From a virus, in the IMG/VR virus record IMGVR_UViG_3300019760_000006, positions 28,761 to 92,760 of that record: a stretch of DNA of 64,000 nt, one strand, 5' to 3'. Each line of letters opens with the position of its first letter. Positions within the stretch are counted from its first letter, which is position 1. This document shows, one piece after another, positions 46,732 to 56,509 of the stretch. The notes under the pieces were generated by a model. The model was not told where the DNA came from, searched no databases, and saw only the letters and a list, made by a program, of their open reading frames with translations. Made by a program: the position numbers and the translations under genes.

Positions 46732-47053
46732 TAAGAATTGTGTTTTAACTAAAGAGAAACTAAAGAATACTAATGGTTGTGGTAGTTCTTATTGGTTAGC
46801 TCGGCCATTTCGAATACCTGATTGGTTTGGTTGGAAGAGGATTTGAGATAGGCATGATTATAAGTATACTGTAGGTATATCACTAAATGATAAACATGAA
46901 TCAGATGATGAATTGTATAATGCAATGATGTATGATGCTTTTAATAATTCAAACTGGTTCACAAAACCAATTAAGATTAAAGTTGCTGAAATAGCTTATT
47001 GGTGCTTGAATACTAAGTTATCAGAAATTTGTTTCAAGAACGCAAGTTCTTAA
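46721..47053 (+). CDS. Phospholipase A2-like protein with in-frame TGA at the CxxHD cysteine (candidate selenoprotein; not in ORF track)
   Basis: GGAG SD; MKIDKN...NGCGS...RI*DRHDYKY...ESDDELYNAM...; TGA at 46844-46846; frame stays open 68 codons to TAA, then a terminator. Confidence 0.7.
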
Positions 47054-47086
47054 CATTTAAAAAAGCAACAAAAAGCAATTAATAAG

Positions 47087-47126
47087 AATGCCCATAGATA
47101 AATTAATATCTATGGGCATTTGTTAT
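47087..47126. terminator. Terminator between convergent units
   Basis: Perfect 14-bp stem AATGCCCATAGATA/TATCTATGGGCATT with T-rich flanks. Confidence 0.8.
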
Positions 47127-49019
47127 TTAATAAGTTATATTAAACTTTGAATCATTTTTTCTTTCAATTAATTTAACTTTATAATCTTCACAAAAAGGTT
47201 CACTCCAACCGTCATAATGCTCTGAGTTTATCAACACAACACTCCCGTTATAACATTTAATAACCTCTTCTCCAATACATTGTGGTCCTTTTACAATTCT
47301 CCCTTTATCTCCAGCCTTCATTTCCCGGAAAGTAATAACTTTCATTTCATTAAAAGCTATTTTTGATTTACTCTCATGAAAAATTTTATAAACTCTCTCC
47401 CATTCCTTATTTAAATTATCCCACTTTTCTATATCATTAAACGGCCACTGGAATGTACCACTGATAAACATTGTATTTTTAAATTGTAAATATAAAAATC
47501 TGAGTCTATTGTCAACACTTCCATCTTTTCCTTCTACCAATTCATAAAAACTATCATAACAATTGTTAACTTTTAAAACCTGTTTAAATAAATCTATAAT
47601 TTCATCAGCTTCTTTAATTTTATCATAGATATCCTCACCAAATACTCTTTTAAAACAGGTTCTATTCCAAGTGTATTCATCACCATCCTCTTCATTATTT
47701 GATGTTGTCGACCAACCAGAACCACTCTTAGGAGATCTTTTGAATTTATATGATTTGTCAGTTGTGAAACTATCATAAAAATCATTTATAGCTTTGAAGT
47801 AATAAAGCTCATCAATAGGTTTTTCTTCCTTCTGCTCCTCATAAATTTCTTCTGCTAATTCATCATATGCTTGCTCACACCAATTTCCTTCACACATAAA
47901 TGTTGATGTAATAGCATAATCTGTTTTAAGAATGTTCATAAGACAATATTTACAGACATCTTCTTCAGCAAGAGATTCTTTAATTTGATTGATTTCACCT
48001 TCATACTTCTTTGTTTCTTTATACTTATCTATAATTTCTTCATAGTCTCCAATACAAAAACACTTTGTACAATGTTCATCATCAAAATAAATAGTATCTG
48101 GTAGATAGCCAACTATCTGGTATTCGTCAAACCAAATGTTTGTTATTTCACCAGACATACTGTTCAAACCGTTCTTATTTGAATATTTTATAGAACTCCC
48201 ATTTACCAATTTAATAACATTTTCTTTTGTTTTTGATTTCCCTTCCTGTAATTTAATAAACTGTTCAACAAATTTATCAACTTCATACTCTTCATTAAAA
48301 ATACAATTAATGTTACCAGTTACTTTGTACTCTGGTCCACAGCCAAATTCATCCTCTATAACAAAAGAAATATCACATTTATTTTTTGGTTTCTTAGTAG
48401 AAGGTTTCTTAACAGAATGTTTATCAACAGAAGGTTTATCAGGCATTGACGTCTTATAAGTCAACCAAGCTTCATGAAAAGCCCAAGGAACTGGATCACC
48501 ATGCAAATACCAACTATTATCTATATAAGGTGACTTACTCTCCAACACAAAGCTTCTACCAATGAAATTGTCCATAGCATTCACCCAACAAAGTCTGATA
48601 TTATTCTCATTAGCATCACTTCTAACATACATTTTCATTCCAGGTTTTAGAATAGGTTCCCAATATTTAAAATTATTGTCATCTTCATCACAGTAGGACT
48701 CATAAACACCTGCATTCTTACGCTCTGTGACACAACCAAGCCCACTCCCATTATTTTCACTACACCAACGGCAAGTTTCACAACTCTTCTTAATAGGGAT
48801 ACCAATTTGTTTGATATAACTAAGTACGAGGGGGAATCTCCCTGACTCAATTGTAACCACCTCAACATAAAGACCAGGATTATTTTCTACATAAATCAGA
48901 GTCTCTTCAAATGCTTGTGTTCTGATTATAGTTCCTTTTTTCAACATACCCAAATGTTCTTTATTATCTTTATCAAATTCATACCAAATCACAACATTGT
49001 TTTCATTGTTCTCTTTCAT
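47127..49019 (-). CDS. Large mosaic hypothetical protein
   Basis: Probable start ATG 49019 (MKENNE) behind GAGGAG; Cys clusters; own promoter. Confidence 0.75.
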   Translation of the reverse strand: MKENNENNVVIWYEFDKDNKEHLGMLKKGTIIRTQAFEETLIYVENNPGLYVEVVTIESGRFPLVLSYIKQIGIPIKKSCETCRWCSENNGSGLGCVTERKNAGVYESYCDEDDNNFKYWEPILKPGMKMYVRSDANENNIRLCWVNAMDNFIGRSFVLESKSPYIDNSWYLHGDPVPWAFHEAWLTYKTSMPDKPSVDKHSVKKPSTKKPKNKCDISFVIEDEFGCGPEYKVTGNINCIFNEEYEVDKFVEQFIKLQEGKSKTKENVIKLVNGSSIKYSNKNGLNSMSGEITNIWFDEYQIVGYLPDTIYFDDEHCTKCFCIGDYEEIIDKYKETKKYEGEINQIKESLAEEDVCKYCLMNILKTDYAITSTFMCEGNWCEQAYDELAEEIYEEQKEEKPIDELYYFKAINDFYDSFTTDKSYKFKRSPKSGSGWSTTSNNEEDGDEYTWNRTCFKRVFGEDIYDKIKEADEIIDLFKQVLKVNNCYDSFYELVEGKDGSVDNRLRFLYLQFKNTMFISGTFQWPFNDIEKWDNLNKEWERVYKIFHESKSKIAFNEMKVITFREMKAGDKGRIVKGPQCIGEEVIKCYNGSVVLINSEHYDGWSEPFCEDYKVKLIERKNDSKFNITY

Positions 49020-49060
49020 TTTTAATTTCTCCTCTATATTATTGTTAAAATCTGAAATGC

Positions 49061-49088
49061 ATAATATCACAAAAAACACAAAAGTCAA
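49061..49088 (-). promoter_or_regulatory. Sigma70-type promoter, extended -10
   Basis: TTGACT-16 nt-TATTAT with TG. Confidence 0.65.
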
Positions 49089-49278
49089 CAACTATTTTCA
49101 ATCTACCATCATTTTCATGATTTCGTCATAGGTTTTTACAAACACAAAAACAAACACAATTTGTCAACATTGTATATACAATTTAGTGATTATATTTAAC
49201 CACTATGTAAAAAATGTAACAATAATTGTATCACTTTGTGGTAGAAATGTAAAAGTTTTGTAAAACTTCATTATTTTC

Positions 49279-49308
49279 TTGACATACTCCTCTTGACAGT
49301 GATATAAT
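49279..49308 (+). promoter_or_regulatory. Sigma70 promoter (junction B)
   Basis: TTGACA-18 nt-TATAAT with extended TG. Confidence 0.8.
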
Positions 49309-49580
49309 GTATACCATTAATAACAAATAATATGAAGCTATAAATTTATACCTCATATACTATATGCCTTCGGCATTAAGTTTATGTAATAAATTTTATC
49401 TCTTTATATTAATATTAATAAAAAAAAGAAAGAGATAAATAATAAAGTTAATAATTATTGTCCTTCGGACATAAATTATATAGCTTATAAATTTTATTCA
49501 TTTAATTGTTATTATTAAAAAGAAAATAAATGAATAAATTATTAAGTAACAAATTATATGTGCTACGCACATAAATTATT
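49309..49580. repeat. Structured non-coding element, copy B
   Basis: ATGCC-TTC-GGCAT, TGTCC-TTC-GGACA, TATGTGC-TAC-GCACATA alternating with two 45-46 bp inverted repeats; homologous to copy A. Confidence 0.85.
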
Positions 49581-49689
49581 ATCCTAAAAGATATTAAGTA
49601 TAAATAGATTTGTAATAACTATAAGAATAAAAAGGATAGATATAAATATAATATGTATCAATTATAACAATAAAGAAGTATAAAGTAAT

Positions 49690-49766
49690 GAAAGAGATTT
49701 TGTTTTTGTTTATGTTGTATCTATGAAATAGATATGATATGAATGAAAATGAAATCTCTTTTTTTG
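49690..49766 (+). terminator. 34-bp G-U-rich RNA hairpin with T tract
   Basis: 49691-49724 pairs fully with 49728-49761 (8 G-U), GAA loop. Confidence 0.7.
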
Positions 49767-49871
49767 TTTGTGTTATTTGAATGTAATTCTTTTGTAAAAT
49801 GAAATTAATGGTTGTGTTTTATTTTCTTTTGTGATAGGATATTTTTAACTTTAAACAAAAGGAGAAATAAA

Positions 49872-50084
49872 ATGACAAAAGATGTATACGTTTTTGGTAG
49901 AAATGAGTGGGTTTATTGTAAACAACATATGCGACCACACCTAACAGGTTGGTGTACAGTAGATGTTAAAGATAAGGTAGGTCTTGGTATTTCTAATTAT
50001 GTTGGTTCTGAAGAAGATGCTTATAAGAAATGTAGAGAATTTGGTCTGGAATTGTATGAAGATATTAAAGGAGGTTCTGAGTAA
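49872..50084 (+). CDS. Hypothetical protein
   Basis: Start MTKDVY behind AAGGAG; YC.QH.RPH.TGWCTV motif. Confidence 0.7.
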   Translation: MTKDVYVFGRNEWVYCKQHMRPHLTGWCTVDVKDKVGLGISNYVGSEEDAYKKCREFGLELYEDIKGGSE

Positions 50085-50086
50085 GT

Positions 50087-51238
50087 TTGACGAATAATAA
50101 ACAATTTGATGTAAATAAAGATTATTGGGCGGTGTTTGATGCTGATACACTTCTCCACTCTTCTGCTGTGATTTGTGAAAGAAGATATATCATTGCAAAA
50201 CATAAAGCTACTGACACACAGCAGAGATTTGACAATGTAACTCAATTCAAAGGAAGGGGCTTAAACAGCAAACCTGGGGCGTTTGGACAAGAAGGTAGCT
50301 GGATATATTCACTGAATGAGAAACAGCTTAAAACAGGTCATAAACGCTTCACAGTTGGTGAATTCGAGATTATACAAGAAAGAGAGCAAGTTGAAGATCT
50401 TCAGGTTGCAAAGGCAGCTATAAATAATCAGATTAAGAAACTATGCTTACTTCCTTGGATCAATTTCCATAAACTCAAGCTTGTTATTGGTGGTTGTGAT
50501 ACAGATGAAGATTATGAGCCAAATTTCAGATACGAAGTAGCTAAAAGTTTTCCATACAAAGGGAGGCGGGGTGAGAAGCCAATTGTATTTCAAGAGTTAA
50601 GAAAGTGGTTTATAAATAAATACAAAGATAATGTTGTCTTAGCTCAAGGCATGGAGAGTGATGACTACCTGTCGGTGTTTAATTATTGGTGTAATGATCA
50701 TAATCAGAATTGTGTTTTAATCTACCTTGACAAAGATCTTTGTGGTATTCCAAATCATTGGTGGTTTAATTACACAAAGCTGAAAGATGTTTCACCAAAA
50801 GAATTACAAGAAAGAATAGAAAATGACAGCAAATTTGAGCAGAGCGAAACTTTGCACTTGACAAATCCAATTTATATTGATAAGTTTACAGCAGATTACA
50901 ACTTTTGGACACAAATTCTCAAGGGAGATATGGGAACGGATAACATTCCTGGATTGATTGGGAAAGGTAGCAAGTTTGCTGAAGCTGCACTTGCTGATTG
51001 TAAAACAGAAAAGGAGATGGCTGAGAAAGTTATTGAAGCATATAAAGAATATGCAAATCTTCCTATTAAAGGGGGGAAACAGGCTTATACAGACATGTTT
51101 GTGAAGAATGAGTATAACCACTATAAGGATTGGAAATGTGTCTTAAATGAACAGTATTTGCTCCTTAGAATGAGGGAGGATAAAAACAGGATCATCACGT
51201 TGGATGAACATTTAAATAGGTTAGGAGTTAAATTATGA
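50087..51238 (+). CDS. 5'-3' exonuclease (T7 gp6 / FEN-like)
   Basis: DADTL, PNFR...YKGRR, MESDD, DKDL, GD..TDNIPG. Confidence 0.88.
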   Translation: MTNNKQFDVNKDYWAVFDADTLLHSSAVICERRYIIAKHKATDTQQRFDNVTQFKGRGLNSKPGAFGQEGSWIYSLNEKQLKTGHKRFTVGEFEIIQEREQVEDLQVAKAAINNQIKKLCLLPWINFHKLKLVIGGCDTDEDYEPNFRYEVAKSFPYKGRRGEKPIVFQELRKWFINKYKDNVVLAQGMESDDYLSVFNYWCNDHNQNCVLIYLDKDLCGIPNHWWFNYTKLKDVSPKELQERIENDSKFEQSETLHLTNPIYIDKFTADYNFWTQILKGDMGTDNIPGLIGKGSKFAEAALADCKTEKEMAEKVIEAYKEYANLPIKGGKQAYTDMFVKNEYNHYKDWKCVLNEQYLLLRMREDKNRIITLDEHLNRLGVKL

Positions 51239-51445
51239 GGTTTCTACCTGAGAGTAAAATAATTGTTAAAGACGGTGTTAAATATTATTCAGACATCAAT
51301 GTATGTATGTTGCAAATTGTAGGTTTTCTTTGTGGTATCTTAGTTGGTGGGTTTAGTGTTTTCTTTTTAATTTAGAGAAGGAATATTAAAATGTTATATT
51401 CAGGATTGAAGAATTAGATTTTAACTCTATGGTGTGATTCAATAG

Positions 51446-52636
51446 GTGATAAATATGACAATTGATAATTTGTTTAACAAATTAAACAACAGGAGGAGGA
51501 AGATTAATACAATACTTGAAAACATAAAAGATTGTACCCTACCAGAAGCTATTAGAAATAAGGAAGATTTGATGTTGGAAAGAGGAGTTATTGTTGGAGT
51601 TTTAAATGATTTGAATGATATTAAAAATAACGGAGATAAATAATGAGGTGTGATGAGTGTAGCCATTGGGGAAGACTTAATTACCTTGCAGAGGATGATC
51701 TTTGTGTTGGAGAGTGTGAAGAGATTACTTGGCAGATTGGGGGAGAAATTGACGTCGCAGTAACAAATTGTGATTTCTTTTGTGCAAATTTTGAAAAGAA
51801 AGAAGAAGATGAATAATGAATATAATTTAACATTTCATGAAGCATTGGATTGTGTATTAAATAATGAGTGTTGGGTTCAAGGAGAAGATTTTGCATCTGA
51901 GGCTGTTATGAGATTAGATAAAGATTTTACGATTATTTGTGATTGTTTTAGTGACAGTTGGCCTATGATGTTTACAACTGGTGTATCAAGACAGATGTTC
52001 AGAAAAGTTTATACACAACCCGGAGCTAAAAAATAATGACAGAACTTACGCAACAAGAAATGGAAGAGCTGGATATTTATTGCTCATCTCTTCCAATAGA
52101 AGATGATAATGCTTGGGTACTAAATGTTCTTCTTTCAACTTATCAGTTGTCAAGTAAATTGGGTGGAGTTGATAGATCATACACAAGTCATTACAAAATG
52201 AAAGAGAAAGGGTTGATTAGTGATAAATTTAAAGAGGGATTAATTAAAGAGATCAGGAATAAATTACAATGGATGAGAGATAACACAACAATTGTTGAAG
52301 AGGATGTAATTGAAAGAAAGACAAAAAGAGTTATTATTTACAATAATTAAATAAAAGGAGTATTTATTATAGATGGAAATTAATTACAAAACGTTTAAGA
52401 TTTATAGTGATTCAAATGAAAAACAATATATTCTTGCAGAACCTAAAGTAATTAAGAAAGGCAAGACAGCAGGTGAGATTAATGAAAATGTGATTGGTTA
52501 TTATGCAAAGATGGAAGTGCTAATTAATCGTATTATTGAGATTGAACTTATGAGAAGTGAAGATGTTGTAACTTTGAAAGAGTTTGTTGAGAGGAAGAGA
52601 GAATTGGTTGAAGAAATTAATAGTTTGTTTAAATAG
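51446..52636 (+). other. String of five small hypothetical ORFs (51446, 51643, about 51810, 52036, 52373)
   Basis: Each has an SD or stop/start coupling; 51643..51816 (MRCDECSHW...) is not in the ORF track. Confidence 0.6.
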
Positions 52637-52655
52637 TAAAGTGGGGTTATTTACA

Positions 52656-53507
52656 ATGATTAGGAGAAAGAAAACAAAACTAAAGTTCCTTGAGACTGAA
52701 GCTGTAGACATTGGCAGGTTTACTATTGAATCTTGGCTTAAAGTTAAGAAATACAAGAGAGATATGAAGTGTTCACAATGTGGAAATCTTTATGAAGATA
52801 TTCTTATTGTTGAGGAAGATAATACATTATCCTTATTATGGGATAAAGGTTTGTATAAACACATTTGTAATGTTTGTGCTAAGAGGTATGTGGATGAGAT
52901 GAATGTAAAGGATGTTGCTAAAGAAAGGAAGGAAAAATGTATGAAAAGAGAGAATATTCTTACTGAGTTGAAAGAATTGCTGAATGAATATTACCCAAGA
53001 AAGTATTACAATCTTGATGATCAGAAGACAGAGAATCTTGAAGAATTTCTTGAAGTTGAAAGAGAACTAAAAAAGAAAAGAGATTGGATTGCATCTCTAC
53101 CTGAAGCAGATCCAGGAGATATTGATCAGTATTTGATTGATGAATATAATTGTGTATATGATCCTAAGTGGTTGAAAGATGAATGTCAGATTGAAGAGTA
53201 TTTTAAAGATAATGGGTATGATTATTTTGACTGTGGTCAGGGATATTCGCAAAATGAATCAAATGCAATCGTAAAGATTTGTGATAAATATTATTCAGTT
53301 GATTTGTATGCAGAAATTGAGAGTGCTAAACAGGATAGAGGTGATAGATTATATTGGGTTGAGGATATTGAAAGAGTTGAATATAAAGAGATTGAGAAAC
53401 CTATAAAGAAAGAGAGAAAGATTTTAAGACTTGAGTTAGATCTCAATGTAGATGAAGAAAGAGAAGTTGAGGAGTTTATGCAGAGATTTAATTGTAAAGT
53501 TATTTAA
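52656..53507 (+). CDS. Hypothetical protein with N-terminal Zn finger
   Basis: CSQC...CNVC; probable ATG 52656. Confidence 0.65.
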   Translation: MIRRKKTKLKFLETEAVDIGRFTIESWLKVKKYKRDMKCSQCGNLYEDILIVEEDNTLSLLWDKGLYKHICNVCAKRYVDEMNVKDVAKERKEKCMKRENILTELKELLNEYYPRKYYNLDDQKTENLEEFLEVERELKKKRDWIASLPEADPGDIDQYLIDEYNCVYDPKWLKDECQIEEYFKDNGYDYFDCGQGYSQNESNAIVKICDKYYSVDLYAEIESAKQDRGDRLYWVEDIERVEYKEIEKPIKKERKILRLELDLNVDEEREVEEFMQRFNCKVI

Positions 53508-53523
53508 TAAAGGGGGTGATAAC

Positions 53524-53805
53524 ATAGAAATTAGATACACAAAAACAGAATTGGTAGAGTTATTAATTGATACAATCGGGAATACAAAAGGATTGGATAC
53601 TGAGTTTATCTATATAGATGAAAAAGAAATGATTAACTCAGAAGGTTTGCTTGAAGACGAAGATGTCATTTGTTTTTCAGGTATAGATGTTACAAACGAT
53701 CTAATTAACTATGAAAATGGTGAGTATGTATTTGGTGAAAAGTTGGATATGGAGGAACTAAACAAGAAAACTAATCTAATAGGATTTATTAGAAATAATA
53801 AATAA
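53524..53805 (+). CDS. Hypothetical protein, probable ATA start
   Basis: AGGGGGTGAT-AAC-ATA just after the upstream stop; the track start lies inside the previous gene. Confidence 0.55.
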   Translation: MEIRYTKTELVELLIDTIGNTKGLDTEFIYIDEKEMINSEGLLEDEDVICFSGIDVTNDLINYENGEYVFGEKLDMEELNKKTNLIGFIRNNK

Positions 53806-53819
53806 GAGGTGCATTAAAT

Positions 53820-54071
53820 ATGACTGATCTTGAAAGATTTGTAGATTTGTATAAAAGTTTTGGTATAGATTGCAAAGTAACAAAAATTTACAATGAATAT
53901 GAAGAAGTTTGGCAAAATGAAATTATTCTTATAAGCGATACGATAGGAAGTGATAGTTATTGGAATGTCGAGTTAACAAAAAGTACTAATTTTAATGGTT
54001 ATACAGATTTTTACACATCTATTGTGTTTACAGATGACGGTAAGTTTAAAAGTCAAGGTTTTTGGGAATAG
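53820..54071 (+). CDS. Hypothetical protein
   Basis: MTDLERF..LY.SFGI...F..DGKF..QGFWE. Confidence 0.65.
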   Translation: MTDLERFVDLYKSFGIDCKVTKIYNEYEEVWQNEIILISDTIGSDSYWNVELTKSTNFNGYTDFYTSIVFTDDGKFKSQGFWE

Positions 54072-54085
54072 GGAGGTGATAATTA

Positions 54086-54601
54086 ATTAAAAGTTTAAAT
54101 TCTAAAGAATTAGGATATTTAAAATCATGTTTTAGAAAGTATTTTAGATGGCATTCACCAGCATATAAAGAAGTTTATGAGCGTAATCTATGCAAAACAA
54201 AAAAAGGAATACGAGGTGGTAAACTCTATTATTGTGAACAATGTGGAAAGGTGTATGGATATGGTAAATTAGAAGTTGATCACAAAGAAGAAGTTATTGA
54301 GATTGGTAAAACACTTACAGATTATTCTATAATTGATTTGTGGTGGAGAATTAATTGTGATGTTAATAACTTACAGTTGCTATGTCGTGAGTGTCACGCC
54401 AAAAAGACAGCTTGTTTCCGAAGTATGAAAGCTTCATATAATAAATACCTAAAACATAAAGATGAGAAGGATAAGTGGTTTGTGCTTTTTGATGGCAAAG
54501 TTGTTAGAAGATTACAGCCAGAACATAAACATATGATCAGTAAGGTGTATAAGACAGAAAAAGGAGCAGTTAAATATTCAAAGAAGGTGGTAAAATGCTA
54601 A
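54086..54601 (+). CDS. HNH endonuclease, probable ATT start
   Basis: CEQC...EVDH...NLQLLCRECH..KT; the first CxxC lies upstream of the track start; GGGAGGTGAT-AATTA-ATT. Confidence 0.8.
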   Translation: MKSLNSKELGYLKSCFRKYFRWHSPAYKEVYERNLCKTKKGIRGGKLYYCEQCGKVYGYGKLEVDHKEEVIEIGKTLTDYSIIDLWWRINCDVNNLQLLCRECHAKKTACFRSMKASYNKYLKHKDEKDKWFVLFDGKVVRRLQPEHKHMISKVYKTEKGAVKYSKKVVKC

Positions 54602-54963
54602 TTTTAAATGTTTCAAAATCATATGCAGATTCTGTTCCAGATCTTGATGTGGAAGGGTTTGTGAACAGGCTAATAACTTATTATAGAATTGAAAAAGAAA
54701 TTGGTAATAATTTTGATCACATAGATTATATATCTAATTCCCTTGTAATTGAATTTATGAGAGTGGCTATACTGGAAGGTGAGATATCACACACAGATAT
54801 TAAAGTTATTGAAAATGATGTTGAATATCTATTTGATAAAGAAGGAACAATGGGTGTTTTGAATAAAGAAACAAATAAAATAGAAACCAGGTTTCCAGAG
54901 ATATGTGACATATATTCAAATATTCTTTGGAGATTACTTAAAAAATTTGAAAAAAGGAGTTGA
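54595..54963 (+). CDS. Hypothetical protein
   Basis: 122 aa, overlapping the upstream stop. Confidence 0.65.
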   Translation: MLILNVSKSYADSVPDLDVEGFVNRLITYYRIEKEIGNNFDHIDYISNSLVIEFMRVAILEGEISHTDIKVIENDVEYLFDKEGTMGVLNKETNKIETRFPEICDIYSNILWRLLKKFEKRS

Positions 54964-55055
54964 CAATAAAATATTATCCCTGTATATTATGTTCATACTA
55001 AATCACATACAAAAAGATGTGATATGAATGTTTTATACAGGGATTTTTATTTTAT
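54960..55055 (+). promoter_or_regulatory. Promoter embedded in the 5' arm of a long terminator-like hairpin
   Basis: TTGACA-17 nt-TATATT; ATCCCTGTATA/TATACAGGGAT stem plus TTTTATTTT. Confidence 0.6.
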
Positions 55056-55082
55056 GTAATTATTACAAAGGAGAAGATTAAA

Positions 55083-56509
55083 ATGAAAAAGTTCAGAAAT
55101 ACTTTTGAAATGGAAATAGATATTAAATTCGAAGATGAAGGTAAAGCTATTGAGTGTTATATTAATAGTGATTGGAAAGACGTGTTTTGGGATGTAAATA
55201 GTATAAAAGATTTGTCAGAGGATCTCGCATTGTGTTTTATTAAAACACCAGAGAGATGGTTTTCTGATGGTGATGATAGTAATATTGGAAGATTTGTTGA
55301 AGGTTTTGGCACTTTTATCTATGATGGTAAAGATTCCTATATATTTAAAGACAGGTATGGCAATTCTGGTGGGGATATTACTATAAAAATTAACTCTGAA
55401 TTAGAAATTGTTGATAGTTCAGATATCTATCTTTGGGAGGATTAGAGTGGATTTAGATACTATTTTTCATTGGTCAGTTTTTGTTTCTGGATGTTATTTT
55501 ATTATTCTTTCATCGATTGTCAAAACAAAGAATCTTAAAAGTACGTTAATTTTCAAAACTATACCATTGTTGTGTGGAATTTGTTGTTTAAGTGCTGGTG
55601 CAGTCCTTTTAGGTTTCTTTTAGGTTTTATATAATAGAGAGGAGAAAAATTATTGAGTAAAACAATTATAGATTTACAAAATGTAAGAGACCAAAGTGAT
55701 TTATTTTGGTTGATTTTAGAAAGTCTTCCATACAAAATTGAGTGGATGTCTTATGAAGCTATTGAAAATGTTTTAGATTGTTGTGAAGAAGTTTTTGATG
55801 ATGAATAATTGAAAGGAAGATGGTGATAATATGAAACAAGTTAGATGTAAAAAGACAATAACAATTAGCAACACAGTCTGGCACACTGCTGGTGCTATAT
55901 ATGATGTTCTTTACGAAGATTATGATGAAGATGGAAAGTCATATATCATCTCTTCAAATAATAATGAAGCGCATTGGATTGGTGTTCCTGGAAATAAATG
56001 GTTTGATGAATATTTTGAGGAAATATAATGGAATACAAAAACAAAGCAAGATATTGTAAATATAATGTCAACAGGGGTTGCCATAACATTGTTAATCCTT
56101 TTTGCACATATTCAGATGAAGTGGTTAGCAAGATTAAACTTCCACCTAATATCTACTGGTATAGACACATAGTAGATGAAGAATGTTGTGAAAAGTGTGA
56201 ATGTTTTGAACCAGTCAAGTTGGAGGATAATAAATAATGAATATCCACCCACTATTAAAGGGATCTTATAATAAATCTAAATGTGATGGATGCTCTTCAA
56301 GATGTTGCAATGAAATAGAAGAAGAAGAAGAAGGAAGTGGTGTATGTTGTCAGTTTGTTTCATGTGGACCTAATCCAATGTGTTTTGTTGATAAAGGGAG
56401 GCTTCCATGTCCAAAGTGTATGTTTTGGACAGGTTATGGAAATGAAGATATAGATCTTCATAATTGGAATTTATTAATGTGTAATAGGAAAGAGGGTCTA
56501 ATAAAATGA
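55083..56509 (+). other. String of small hypothetical ORFs (55083, about 55448, 55654, 55831, 56028, 56237)
   Basis: SD-led, tightly packed; several Cys-rich, one membrane protein. Confidence 0.6.
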
